A stretch of 64,000 nucleotides of DNA, from IMG/VR virus record IMGVR_UViG_3300008740_000003, positions 1 through 64,000 of that record; one strand, written 5' to 3'. A model generated the notes under the pieces. It ran no database searches. It worked only from the letters and a program-made list of their open reading frames with translations, and was not told where the DNA came from. Below, piece by piece: positions 47,692 to 57,205 of the stretch (its first letter is position 1; each line of letters starts with the position of its first letter). The position numbers and the translations under genes were made by a program. This stretch comes from a virus.

Positions 47692-48848
47692 TAACTATCT
47701 GCCTTAGGTTTAAGTGCTTTAGACAAACTTTGTCTTTCAGGTACTGATTTTCCACCTATTGTATTAGTTGCCGTATTATTAACAAACCCTGTCTTCATTG
47801 TATTTCTTGCATCTGTATTAGTTAGTGTCATACGTAATGCATCTTCCATTTTAATCCATCTTGAACCATCAAATCTAAATAATCTATTTGGTAAAAAGTC
47901 AGTTCTTAAATAATAATCACCTTTAATAGATCCTGTTGGGAAAGTAATTCCATGACCAAATACTTCACCATTAGGTGCAAGACCATCACCTAATAAGTAT
48001 CCATCATACCCTTCTCTTTCAGGTGTTTGATGTACTCTATCTGCTAATTCATTTTGTGTACTAGCATCTAACGTACTTGTATCTGTTGTAACAAGTTCGT
48101 TTCTACCTTGTTTATCTACTTGTAATGTATATAAATGACTAGTTTCATATCCACTTTTTTTAGTATCTGCTTCTGCTTGAGCAACAACGGCATTATTAAT
48201 TTGCATTTCTTTTTCATAAGTGGATAATACATCTCTTAATGTTTGACTTGATCCTTCTTCTGCAGGTAAATCTAGTATGCCTTTAAATTCTTGACTGTCT
48301 ACTATTTGTTTTAATTTTACTCTATATAAATGAGGATACCACGATACACTAAATCCTTCTGCCGCCCTGCTTATATCTTCTACTACATAGTATCTTTTTA
48401 ATGCTAAATTAAAATCATTTAAGGCGTGTTCATCTTTAAGATGTGGTAATTCGAATACATCTCCTGGCATAACTTTTCTACCTAAAGTTTCTACAGATGT
48501 AGATATAGGAATAGTCATAAACAACGTATCATTTTGTAAAAATAATCCAAATTGACTCATATCAAAGTCAATATCTTGTACGTTGTAAATGCCTCTTAAT
48601 TGATAAATGCTAGAATCATATTTTCTGTCCCTGTTTTCAAGGAATAACATATCTTGAATATTTGTTTCTTTAACAGCATTATACCTTGGTTGGCTAGATG
48701 TAGCATCTGCTTCTTCAGGATTCTTAGGTCCAAGGTATTTGTGTACAAATACATCAGTACCACCCACAGTAAACATCTCATTAACTGTTTTATCTAGAAA
48801 AGCGTAATCATGGCCCTTCTCTGGTTTATATAGACTAATTCTTGGCAT
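47691..48848 (-). CDS. gp14: Neck protein (T4 gp14-like)
   Basis: DMLFLENRDRKY...FDMSQFGLF...PGDVFELPH; divergent from gp13. Confidence 0.7.
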   Translation of the reverse strand: MPRISLYKPEKGHDYAFLDKTVNEMFTVGGTDVFVHKYLGPKNPEEADATSSQPRYNAVKETNIQDMLFLENRDRKYDSSIYQLRGIYNVQDIDFDMSQFGLFLQNDTLFMTIPISTSVETLGRKVMPGDVFELPHLKDEHALNDFNLALKRYYVVEDISRAAEGFSVSWYPHLYRVKLKQIVDSQEFKGILDLPAEEGSSQTLRDVLSTYEKEMQINNAVVAQAEADTKKSGYETSHLYTLQVDKQGRNELVTTDTSTLDASTQNELADRVHQTPEREGYDGYLLGDGLAPNGEVFGHGITFPTGSIKGDYYLRTDFLPNRLFRFDGSRWIKMEDALRMTLTNTDARNTMKTGFVNNTATNTIGGKSVPERQSLSKALKPKADS

Positions 48849-48854
48849 ATGTTA

Positions 48855-48885
48855 TATTTATTCATAGCAAGGTCCTTGATAAATA
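48855..48885. promoter_or_regulatory. Back-to-back late promoters
   Basis: ATAAATA on the - strand at 48855-48861 (gp14 operon) and on the + strand at 48879-48885 (gp13). Confidence 0.65.
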
Positions 48886-48903
48886 TCTATAGAGACATAT
48901 AAA

Positions 48904-49662
48904 ATGGCAGATTTAGCAACACAAAAGCAAGAAATCTTTGACTACGTATACAATATGCTAGGTGGTGGTATGGTAGAAGTAGAGCTAGATCCACCTCACT
49001 ATGAGACAGCTTTACAGGATTCACTTGATAGATTTAGACAAAGATCCGACAATTCAGTGGAAGAAAGCTATATGTTTCTACCTACAGTAATAGACCAAAA
49101 CGCATATACCTTAGGACAAGAAGTAATAGAAGTTAAAAAAATATATAGACGTTCAATTGGTTCTAGAACAGGTGGTGGAGACGGTGGTACACTATTTGAA
49201 CCATTCAATTTAGCATACACAAATACATACTTGTTGGCAAGTACAAATATGGGTGGACTATCAACTTACAACTTGTTTACACAATATCAAGAACTTGTAG
49301 GAAGAATGTTTGGTAGCTTTATTGAATTTAAATGGAATACTACAACCAAAGAATTAACATTATTACAGAGACCTAGAGCAGAAGAAGAAATTCTATTATA
49401 TTGCTATAATTATAGACCTACTACAGAATTATTAAATGATTATCTTGCTAAAGAATGGCTTAAAAGATATACTCTAGCATTATGTAAAATGGCACTAGGA
49501 CAAGCAAGATCTAAATTTGCCACAATAGCAGGCCCACAAGGCGGTGCCGCTTTAAATGGTCCACAACTTATTCAAGAAGCACAATCCGAAATAGAAAAAC
49601 TTGACGAAGAGCTAAAATTACAAGTTGGCGGTGGTCAAGGATATCACTTCACAATTGGTTAA
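48904..49662 (+). CDS. gp13: Neck protein (T4 gp13-like)
   Basis: LGGGMVEVELD...WLKRYTLALCK..LG..RSKF....GPQGG..LNG. Confidence 0.8.
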   Translation: MADLATQKQEIFDYVYNMLGGGMVEVELDPPHYETALQDSLDRFRQRSDNSVEESYMFLPTVIDQNAYTLGQEVIEVKKIYRRSIGSRTGGGDGGTLFEPFNLAYTNTYLLASTNMGGLSTYNLFTQYQELVGRMFGSFIEFKWNTTTKELTLLQRPRAEEEILLYCYNYRPTTELLNDYLAKEWLKRYTLALCKMALGQARSKFATIAGPQGGAALNGPQLIQEAQSEIEKLDEELKLQVGGGQGYHFTIG

Positions 49663-49671
49663 TAATAACAT

Positions 49672-49700
49672 TTGACATTATAACTATTATCCGTTATAGT
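49672..49700 (+). promoter_or_regulatory. Sigma70-type (early) promoter
   Basis: TTGACA-17 nt-TATAGT directly upstream of the dNMP kinase gene. Confidence 0.7.
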
Positions 49701-49706
49701 ATTAAA

Positions 49707-50300
49707 ATGATTATCGGTATTTGTGGATTAATGGGTAGTGGTAAAGATACAATAGCTAACCATCTTATTCAAAAACATCAATTTAAAAAAATCTCATTCG
49801 CAGACAAATTAAAAGAGTCTGTTGCTACGATGTTTGATTGGGACAAAACTATGCTTGACGGTCAAACAGATGAAAGTAGACAATGGCGTGAACAACCAGA
49901 TGAATATTGGTCTAAAGAAGTAGGTAAATCTATTACTCCAAGATTTGTATTACAAAAATTTGGTACAGAATGTATGCGTGATAATTTTTATGACGGTATA
50001 TGGGTTAGTATGACTAAAAAGAAAATTTTAGATAATCCTAATTCTAGCTGGGTTATTCCTGATGTTAGGTTTGAAAACGAAGTTAAAATGATTAAAAGTA
50101 TTGGTGGTCAAGTATGGTGGGTAAGAAGAGGTGAATTACCTACATGGTTTAGAGTTTATCAAGATATAGGTGTTGAACCTAAAGATGTACACCCTAGTGA
50201 ATGGGCTTGGGCAAAAGCAGACTTTGATAAAATTTTAGATAATAATTCTACAGTAGATAGTCTTAGAAATCAGGTACAAGATCACCTTGTTTCCATTTAA
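49707..50300 (+). CDS. gp1: Deoxynucleoside monophosphate kinase (T4 gp1-like)
   Basis: IIGICGLMGSGKDT, SFADKLK, TPRFVLQKFGTE, PDVRFENE, HPSE. Confidence 0.88.
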   Translation: MIIGICGLMGSGKDTIANHLIQKHQFKKISFADKLKESVATMFDWDKTMLDGQTDESRQWREQPDEYWSKEVGKSITPRFVLQKFGTECMRDNFYDGIWVSMTKKKILDNPNSSWVIPDVRFENEVKMIKSIGGQVWWVRRGELPTWFRVYQDIGVEPKDVHPSEWAWAKADFDKILDNNSTVDSLRNQVQDHLVSI

Positions 50301-50604
50301 ATCCTTGTTTGTGTAAAGTTCTTTGACAGTTAGCACATACCGTTTTAAGGTTTTTAAAATTACAATTAGTTAAATGTCCGTCAATATGGTAAACATTAAA
50401 TTGTTCTGTTGAGTCACTTTTATATCCACACTTATCGCATTTTGCTTTCATACGGTATCCTGCATTATACCATTTAGGCATTCCATGACTTGTTCCCCCA
50501 TACCTAATACAAGCTTCACATTTTCTTCTGTAAAACGTTATACCCTTTTTACGATAGTTAATTGCACAAGGATTCCTACGACAATAGTTACATAAAGGTC
50601 TCAT
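50263..50604 (-). CDS. Zn-finger / HNH-like protein
   Basis: CxxC motifs plus YHIDG...N....NL..VCANC; GTAAATA promoter variant upstream on the - strand. Confidence 0.65.
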   Translation of the reverse strand: MRPLCNYCRRNPCAINYRKKGITFYRRKCEACIRYGGTSHGMPKWYNAGYRMKAKCDKCGYKSDSTEQFNVYHIDGHLTNCNFKNLKTVCANCQRTLHKQGFKWKQGDLVPDF

Positions 50605-50674
50605 ATAACGTATTTACCTGCCCTTTTCAGGCCCTTTTCTAGACATAATTATAGCTTATATTTTGTTGATATAG

Positions 50675-50682
50675 TATAAATA
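50675..50682 (+). promoter_or_regulatory. T4-type late promoter TATAAATA (exact match)
   Basis: Exact consensus before the sheath gene; SD AGGAG downstream. Confidence 0.8.
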
Positions 50683-50719
50683 ACGTTAACAATAGAAATA
50701 TTAAGCAGGAGATTATAAA

Positions 50720-53700
50720 ATGGCATTAGTTTCACCAGGAGTACAAGTAAGCGTAATAGACGAAAGTTTCTATACACCGGCCGAACCAGGCACGGTGCCA
50801 ATGATATTTGTGGCAACAGCACAAGATAAAACTTCAAGTTCAGGTACAGGTACAGCAACAGGTACATTAGCCGCAAACAACGGTAAAGTTTACCTAATGA
50901 CGTCTCAAAGAGAATTAGCTGAAACATTTGGTGATCCAGTATTCAAAAAAGATGCTAACAATAATCCTATACACGGTGGTGAATTAAACGAATACGGTTT
51001 ACAAGCGGCTTACTCATACTTAGGTGTAGCCAACAGAGCATACGTGGCAAGAGCGGCAATTGACACAGGTCAACTAGAAGCAAGTGCTACAATGGCAACT
51101 GCAGATCCTGAATCAGGAACTTCCTGGTTAGATACTGCAAGTACAGATTATGGTATGTTTTCTTGGAACAGTAATGCGTCATCTACTACAGGTGGTCAAA
51201 CATACACAAAAATTTATCCAACAGTATTAACTGATACTACACATCTTTCAGGTGGAGACGGTTCAATTCCTAAAACTTCATTTGGTGCAGTAGGTGATTA
51301 TGTTGTTAATGCTACAACTTCATACAATGACATTTATTTCAAAAGATATGATAATACTTGGGTTAATGTAGGAACACCGGCTTGGAAAAAATCCCAAGCT
51401 ACAGTAACAGGTACAGTAGCAAATCCTACAGTTACAAACACAGGAACATTTGTAGTAAATGGTTCAACAGTTACATCAGGTGGTACTGATGTTGCGGCAG
51501 TTGTTACTGCAATTAATAACGCGACAATTACAGGAATTTCTGCTAGAGCAGTAGCAGGTATATTAGAAATTTATAGTGAAGGAACTGGCGCTGGTGGTTA
51601 TGCAGATACAGTTGTTATAGCAAACGGTGGTGGTAACGCAGGTTTAGAAACAGAATTAGGAATTGCGGCAGGTACTTACTACTTGCCTAAGGCGGATGTT
51701 CAAGCTCATACTAGTGTTCCAGCTTTCAAAAATTCATCTGGTGGAAATATGACATCAGGAAGACCAGCAGGTTCAATTTGGATTAAAACAACAACTCCTA
51801 ATTTAGGATCAAATTATAAAATCAAAAAATTCAATGCAACTACTAAATTATGGGAAGATTTAACATCACCTTTATATTCAAGTGGTAACAATGCTATCTA
51901 CAATTTAGATAGAGTTGGCGGTGGAAAAAATCTTGCTGTTGGTACAACATATATAAACTACGATAATGGTACAACTGAATTAGATTTAAGACCATACAGA
52001 AGAGCAAATACAGGTAACACATCAATTACTTCAAGTGTAATTGCAACGCAAGTAACAGGCGGTACATACGCATTTAATATTGCTGAATCAATAGTTGGAC
52101 AAGATGCAATGTCATCTGCGTCTACTATTTCAGTAACAACTACAGCGGCGGCAACAGACTCAGATGTTATTGCGGCAGGAATTAATGGTGCAGGAATGGT
52201 TAACGTTAGTGCAACTGTTGACAGTTTAAACAGAGTTGTAATTTCACACAATGACGGTGGTGAAATGCATATTACTGATACTGGCGGAGTATTAGCATTA
52301 GCTGGTTTCTCAAGCACAACAACTAATATGGAATATGAGCCAGGTACAGATGCGGCAACAAATCCTAAACAATGGAGAGCTTCTAACTGGACAGTATTAA
52401 CATATACAGCTTCAGCAACGGCTCCAACATCACTTGCGGCAGATGGTCAACTTTGGTATTCTTCAGTTATTGATTCTGTTGATATTATGGAACACAATGG
52501 ATCTAAATGGGATGGATATTTAACTGTAAATGCAGGAACAGATCCAGCAGGACCACAAGTAAAAGCTACAGCACCTACTACACAATCAGATGCAACAGCA
52601 TTAGTAGAAGGTGACATTTGGATTGATTCTTCAGACTTAGAAAATTATCCTAAAATTAATAAATGGAATGCAACTTCTCTTAAATGGGTTGCAGTAGACA
52701 ACAGTGATCAAACAACAGAAGATGGTGTTGTATTCGCTGACGCTAGAAGTTCAACTGCAGGTGCAGATACAACAGATGCTACAATTGTTGCTTTACTATC
52801 AAGCGATTATGTAGATACTGATGCTCCAGATCCAGCATTATATCCAAAAGGAACATTGTTATTCAATTTACGTAGAAGTGGATTTAATGTTAAGAAATTT
52901 GCAAGAAATTATGTAGATACAACAGCTAATAATACTAGAATGGGTGATGTATCAATGAGTGGTTATTATGCTCACAGATGGGTAACAGAATCAGCTAATA
53001 ATTCAGATGGTTCAGGTGCATTTGGAAGAAAATCACAAAGAAAAGTTGTAGTACAATCACTACAAGCATTAGTTAATGCTAATCAAGATATTAGAGATGA
53101 TGAATCTAGAATATTCAATTTAGTTGCGGCTCCTGGCTATCCAGAATTAATTGGAGAACTAGTTAGCTTAAACACTGACAGAGGATTATCAGCATTTATA
53201 GTTGGTGATGCTCCGTTTAGATTGTCTTCAGATTCAACATCATTAAGCGATTGGGCAACGAACGTTAATTCAGCAGTTGAAGATAACGACAAAGGACTTG
53301 TAACTTCAAATGATTATCTTGGAGTATTTTATCCATCAGGATTTACAAGCGATAACTTCGGCAAAAACATAACTGTTCCAGCAAGTCACATGATGCTTAG
53401 AACGATTGCTTTAAGCGATCAAGTTTCTTATCCATGGTTTGCTCCAGCAGGAACTAGACGAGGTACTATAACGAATGCTTCTTCAACTGGTTACATTAAT
53501 AGCGAAGGTGAATTTACTGCGTCAGCATTAAATGAAGGTCAAAGAGATACTTTATACAGTAATAACGTTAATCCAATTACTTTCATAACAGGTGCAGGTT
53601 TAGTTAACTATGGACAAAAAACTAGATCAGGTGCAACTTCATCTTTAGACAGAATTAATGTTTCAAGATTAGTAATTTACATTAGAAGTCAATTAAACAA

Positions 53701-53965
53701 ATTGGCTAGACCTTTTGTGTTTGAACCTAATGATAAAATTACAAGAGATGAAATTAAAGCTCAAGCAGACAGCCTATTACTTGAATTAGTAGGTAACAGA
53801 GCATTATACGACTTCTTAGTAGTGTGTGATGAATCAAACAACACACCTGCAAGAATAGACAGAAACGAACTTTATTTAGACATAGCAATAGAGCCAGTTA
53901 AAGCAGTGGAATTTATATACATTCCATTAAGACTTAAAAACACTGGTGAAATAGCAGGTTTATAA
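50720..53965 (+). CDS. gp18: Tail sheath protein with large insertion domains
   Basis: LVSPGVQVSVIDES start; PWFAPAG.RRG, LY...VNPI, GQKT, LDRINV.RL, FEPND, VVCDESNNTP..IDRNEL...I.PVKAVEFI. Confidence 0.95.
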   Translation: MALVSPGVQVSVIDESFYTPAEPGTVPMIFVATAQDKTSSSGTGTATGTLAANNGKVYLMTSQRELAETFGDPVFKKDANNNPIHGGELNEYGLQAAYSYLGVANRAYVARAAIDTGQLEASATMATADPESGTSWLDTASTDYGMFSWNSNASSTTGGQTYTKIYPTVLTDTTHLSGGDGSIPKTSFGAVGDYVVNATTSYNDIYFKRYDNTWVNVGTPAWKKSQATVTGTVANPTVTNTGTFVVNGSTVTSGGTDVAAVVTAINNATITGISARAVAGILEIYSEGTGAGGYADTVVIANGGGNAGLETELGIAAGTYYLPKADVQAHTSVPAFKNSSGGNMTSGRPAGSIWIKTTTPNLGSNYKIKKFNATTKLWEDLTSPLYSSGNNAIYNLDRVGGGKNLAVGTTYINYDNGTTELDLRPYRRANTGNTSITSSVIATQVTGGTYAFNIAESIVGQDAMSSASTISVTTTAAATDSDVIAAGINGAGMVNVSATVDSLNRVVISHNDGGEMHITDTGGVLALAGFSSTTTNMEYEPGTDAATNPKQWRASNWTVLTYTASATAPTSLAADGQLWYSSVIDSVDIMEHNGSKWDGYLTVNAGTDPAGPQVKATAPTTQSDATALVEGDIWIDSSDLENYPKINKWNATSLKWVAVDNSDQTTEDGVVFADARSSTAGADTTDATIVALLSSDYVDTDAPDPALYPKGTLLFNLRRSGFNVKKFARNYVDTTANNTRMGDVSMSGYYAHRWVTESANNSDGSGAFGRKSQRKVVVQSLQALVNANQDIRDDESRIFNLVAAPGYPELIGELVSLNTDRGLSAFIVGDAPFRLSSDSTSLSDWATNVNSAVEDNDKGLVTSNDYLGVFYPSGFTSDNFGKNITVPASHMMLRTIALSDQVSYPWFAPAGTRRGTITNASSTGYINSEGEFTASALNEGQRDTLYSNNVNPITFITGAGLVNYGQKTRSGATSSLDRINVSRLVIYIRSQLNKLARPFVFEPNDKITRDEIKAQADSLLLELVGNRALYDFLVVCDESNNTPARIDRNELYLDIAIEPVKAVEFIYIPLRLKNTGEIAGL

Positions 53966-53991
53966 TAAGATAAATACTATAGGAGAAACAA

Positions 53992-54618
53992 ATGAGTATA
54001 TCGACACTATCAAAGATTACAGTACCATTGAATTCTAGCCAATCAGCTAGTAATCAAGGTCTATTGATGCCTAAATTACAATATCGTTTTAGAGTATCAT
54101 TAGAAAACTTTGGTGTATCAACTCCTACAACTGAACTAACAAAACAAGTTGTTGACGTTACAAGACCTAATTTAAGTTTTGAAAATACAACAATAGATGT
54201 TTACAATTCTAAAGTATTTTTAGCAGGTAAACATACTTGGGAACCAATTACATTAACATTAAGAGAAGATGTTGCAAATAATGTTCAAAAATTAGTTGGC
54301 GAGCAACTACAAAAACAATTTGATTTCTTTGAACAATCTGCGGCGGCTTCAGGTGCAGATTACAAATTCGTAACTAGAATAGAAGTAACTGACGGTGCAA
54401 ATGGTGCCAATGTAGTTAATATTTTAGAAACATATGAATTATATGGTTGCTATGTTCAATCAGCAAACTATAACACTTTAGCATACAACTCTAGTGAACC
54501 AGTAACTGTTACGTTAGTAATGCATTATGATAATGCTATACAAACACCACAAGGTACAGGAATAGGTACGTCAGTGGGCAGAACAGTTAATACTTTAATC
54601 ACTGGTGGTGGTGCATAA
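53992..54618 (+). CDS. gp19: Tail tube protein
   Basis: PKLQYRFRV...RP...AGKHTWEPIT...YDNA; directly after the sheath gene. Confidence 0.85.
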   Translation: MSISTLSKITVPLNSSQSASNQGLLMPKLQYRFRVSLENFGVSTPTTELTKQVVDVTRPNLSFENTTIDVYNSKVFLAGKHTWEPITLTLREDVANNVQKLVGEQLQKQFDFFEQSAAASGADYKFVTRIEVTDGANGANVVNILETYELYGCYVQSANYNTLAYNSSEPVTVTLVMHYDNAIQTPQGTGIGTSVGRTVNTLITGGGA

Positions 54619-54648
54619 TAACAAAATTTAAAATTCCACTAATAGAGG

Positions 54649-54669
54649 AGGCGCTAAGGCGCCTTTTTT
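54649..54669 (+). terminator. Rho-independent terminator
   Basis: aggcgc-taag-gcgcct followed by a T run, after the tube gene. Confidence 0.85.
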
Positions 54670-54707
54670 ATTCTCTACCCTGTTTTTCTACTCGATAAAT
54701 ACTGTAT

Positions 54708-55859
54708 ATGGCAAATTTATTAAATGGATTTTTAGATAATTTAAAAAGCGGTACCTTATCGCCAAAAGGTAATCTTGGTGATTTCGCTCATGCGGCTAGA
54801 CTATATGTTGATGATAGTTTTAGACTTGCACCTAAAGTAAAATTTTTATATCACGTAGCATTTACTCTAAATGAATCAGTATTAAAATCTGATCCACCAA
54901 TATCTAAACACGGAACAGAATTAAATATGTTAGTAAAAGGTGTAGAACTACCTAAATATTCTATTGATACAGATACAGTTTTTGCGTATAATAAAAAAAG
55001 AAAAATTCAAAAAAAAATTCAATATGATCCTATAAGCATTGTATTCCATGATGATAATTATGGTGTAACAACTGCTATGTGGGAATCATATTATAGATAT
55101 TATTTTAAAGATGGTAATTATGGAGCTCTTGATAATGCAGGAAATCCTGACTCAGGTGTGCCTAGACAATTTAATAGAACAGCAGGTGGCCCATATAATA
55201 GAGGAAATACATATTTGTCATCTGATCATAATAGATATAGATTTGGTTTAGATGCTGGATCTTTTGATCCGTTCTTTCGTAGTATTCAAATTTATCAAAT
55301 GGCTAGAAAAACATTTACTTGTTTTACAATAGTTAATCCTGTAATTTCTGGTTGGACGCATGATTCAATGCAAAATGAAGAAACTGGTCCAGTAACAAAT
55401 CAAATGACTATAGAATATGAAACTGTATTTTATAGTAGAGGTAGAGTAGTTAAAGGTAGTGCACCTAAAGGATTTGCCTTAGAACATTATGATAAAACAC
55501 CTAGTCCTAATTCTTTAAGTGGTGGAGGAACTACAAGTGTATTTGGTCAAGGAGGAATATTAAGTGGATTATTTAATGATGGTTCAGGTCCTCATACATA
55601 CATAGGTAGTCAATTAGGAGCTGGCGGCGGTAAAATGACTTTAGGGTCTATAATAAGAACTGCCAACAGAATTAAAAATGCTAAAAATTTAACTAAAGGT
55701 GGATTAATACAAGAAGGTGTTAATATATTAACAGGAGCAATAGGTAAAATAGGCGGGACTTCAGATTCTTCTTATGGTGTTGCTAATACTGTTATTGGTA
55801 GAACAGCTTCTAATGTTAGAGGTGGAGTAGTTAAAGCAATTAAAGGAATAAGCAAATAA
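54708..55859 (+). CDS. Tail-tube-like / baseplate-tube junction protein (gp48/gp54-like)
   Basis: PKVKFLYHV...VELPKY......YNKKR......YDPISIVFHDD tube-fold motif; Gly-rich tail. Confidence 0.6.
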   Translation: MANLLNGFLDNLKSGTLSPKGNLGDFAHAARLYVDDSFRLAPKVKFLYHVAFTLNESVLKSDPPISKHGTELNMLVKGVELPKYSIDTDTVFAYNKKRKIQKKIQYDPISIVFHDDNYGVTTAMWESYYRYYFKDGNYGALDNAGNPDSGVPRQFNRTAGGPYNRGNTYLSSDHNRYRFGLDAGSFDPFFRSIQIYQMARKTFTCFTIVNPVISGWTHDSMQNEETGPVTNQMTIEYETVFYSRGRVVKGSAPKGFALEHYDKTPSPNSLSGGGTTSVFGQGGILSGLFNDGSGPHTYIGSQLGAGGGKMTLGSIIRTANRIKNAKNLTKGGLIQEGVNILTGAIGKIGGTSDSSYGVANTVIGRTASNVRGGVVKAIKGISK

Positions 55860-56227
55860 TGTCACAAAATATACCAAGTACAACAGAAAATAATTCGGAA
55901 ACAAATGTAAAAGAATTTTTTAATCAATTTTTTACAGAAACTATAACGTTTCCTAGTAGTCAAGTAGATGCAGTTGTTGGATTTTTCGAATCAAGAGGAT
56001 TTGATAAAGTTGCTAGTATAAGCACAGCTACAATTTTATTACAACAAGCAAAATTAGATAATGTAAATGTATTTCAATTAATTGATACATTAAAAGGATT
56101 AAAATCAGCTAATTTAAGTTACATGGTAACTGAAGTATTAAATCATAATAGATCAAAAATTTCTTCTTTAGGTTATAAAATAACCGATTCAAATGAGGCC
56201 ACTCAAAAAAGAAATATAGTGGTGTAG
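55859..56227 (+). CDS. Hypothetical protein
   Basis: 122-aa ORF, TAATG-coupled to the upstream gene. Confidence 0.6.
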   Translation: MSQNIPSTTENNSETNVKEFFNQFFTETITFPSSQVDAVVGFFESRGFDKVASISTATILLQQAKLDNVNVFQLIDTLKGLKSANLSYMVTEVLNHNRSKISSLGYKITDSNEATQKRNIVV

Positions 56228-56230
56228 TCC

Positions 56231-56668
56231 ATGAAGCGTTATCTAAATGGCAAATTCACTCCTAAGAATCCTGGCAAATACATAGGTAATAGATCTCCTT
56301 TATATAGATCAAGTTGGGAATTCGCTTTCATGAGATTCTGTGATGAAAGTCCTAGTATTAGTAAATGGGCCAATGAAGCAATTAAAATTCCTTACAAACA
56401 TCCTTTCACAGGAAAGTTTTCAATTTATGTTCCTGATTTCTTTATAGCATACACAGATAAAAAAGGAAAAAGCCACGCAGAAGTTATAGAAATTAAACCT
56501 GAAAATCAAACTAAAAAAGAAAGTATAGGTGAAAGTAGAACTAACAAAATACACTATGTAGTCAATCAAGCCAAATGGGGTTCCGCTATAGCATGGTGTA
56601 AAAACAAAGGTTTTAGATTTAGAGTTGTTAATGAAAAAGACCTTTTCCATACTGGAAGACGCGGATAA
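56231..56668 (+). CDS. gp4: Head completion nuclease (T4 gp4-like, TnsA-like PD-(D/E)xK)
   Basis: F.PKNP.KY.G....YRSSWE..FM..CD....W..E...IPY...YVPDF...EIKP..QT...NQAKW. Confidence 0.88.
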   Translation: MKRYLNGKFTPKNPGKYIGNRSPLYRSSWEFAFMRFCDESPSISKWANEAIKIPYKHPFTGKFSIYVPDFFIAYTDKKGKSHAEVIEIKPENQTKKESIGESRTNKIHYVVNQAKWGSAIAWCKNKGFRFRVVNEKDLFHTGRRG

Positions 56669-56698
56669 TATTCTAAATAAATATAGTAGCATATAATT

Positions 56699-57205
56699 AT
56701 GACCAAAAAATTAGAAGAATTACTAAACTTACCTGAATCTCAAGAAATAGTAGATGAAGAAAAAGCTAAAGAAGTTAAAGCTGACGTTAAAAAAGTAAAA
56801 ATTGAAGACCACGAATCTACTAAAAGAGATATAGCAGAATTGGATAAAATAACAGCCGCTTTACCTCAAGTAAAAGGATTAGGAGATATGTCTGATACAG
56901 AGGTAAATGATATTAGTTCCAAAGCCATTGACGCATATGAAGATTTAATGGACTTAGGTATGAACGTAGAAAGCAGGTACTCTTCTAGAGTATTTGAAGT
57001 AGCTGGACAAATGCTTAAAACAGCCCTAGATGCCAGGGTAGCTAAAATAGATAAGAAGCTTAAAATGGTCGATTTACAGCTAAAGAAACAAAAGCAAGAC
57101 TCTAAACAGGGTGTTGATGACACTACTAACATAGTACAGGGCGAAGGATACGTCATTACTGACCGGAACAGTTTACTCGAGAAGTTGAAGAAACTGGCTA
57201 AATAA
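56699..57205 (+). CDS. Putative terminase small subunit-like helical protein
   Basis: Helical; SRVFEVAGQMLK and ..DRNSLLEKL resemble gp16-type features; lies about 1 kb upstream of terL. Confidence 0.5.
   Translation: MTKKLEELLNLPESQEIVDEEKAKEVKADVKKVKIEDHESTKRDIAELDKITAALPQVKGLGDMSDTEVNDISSKAIDAYEDLMDLGMNVESRYSSRVFEVAGQMLKTALDARVAKIDKKLKMVDLQLKKQKQDSKQGVDDTTNIVQGEGYVITDRNSLLEKLKKLAK

Noticed and set aside
50620-50639. Tandem gcccttttc repeat between the HNH-like and sheath genes
   Set aside because: Two 9-nt copies only; a possible binding site but unsupported elsewhere in the window.
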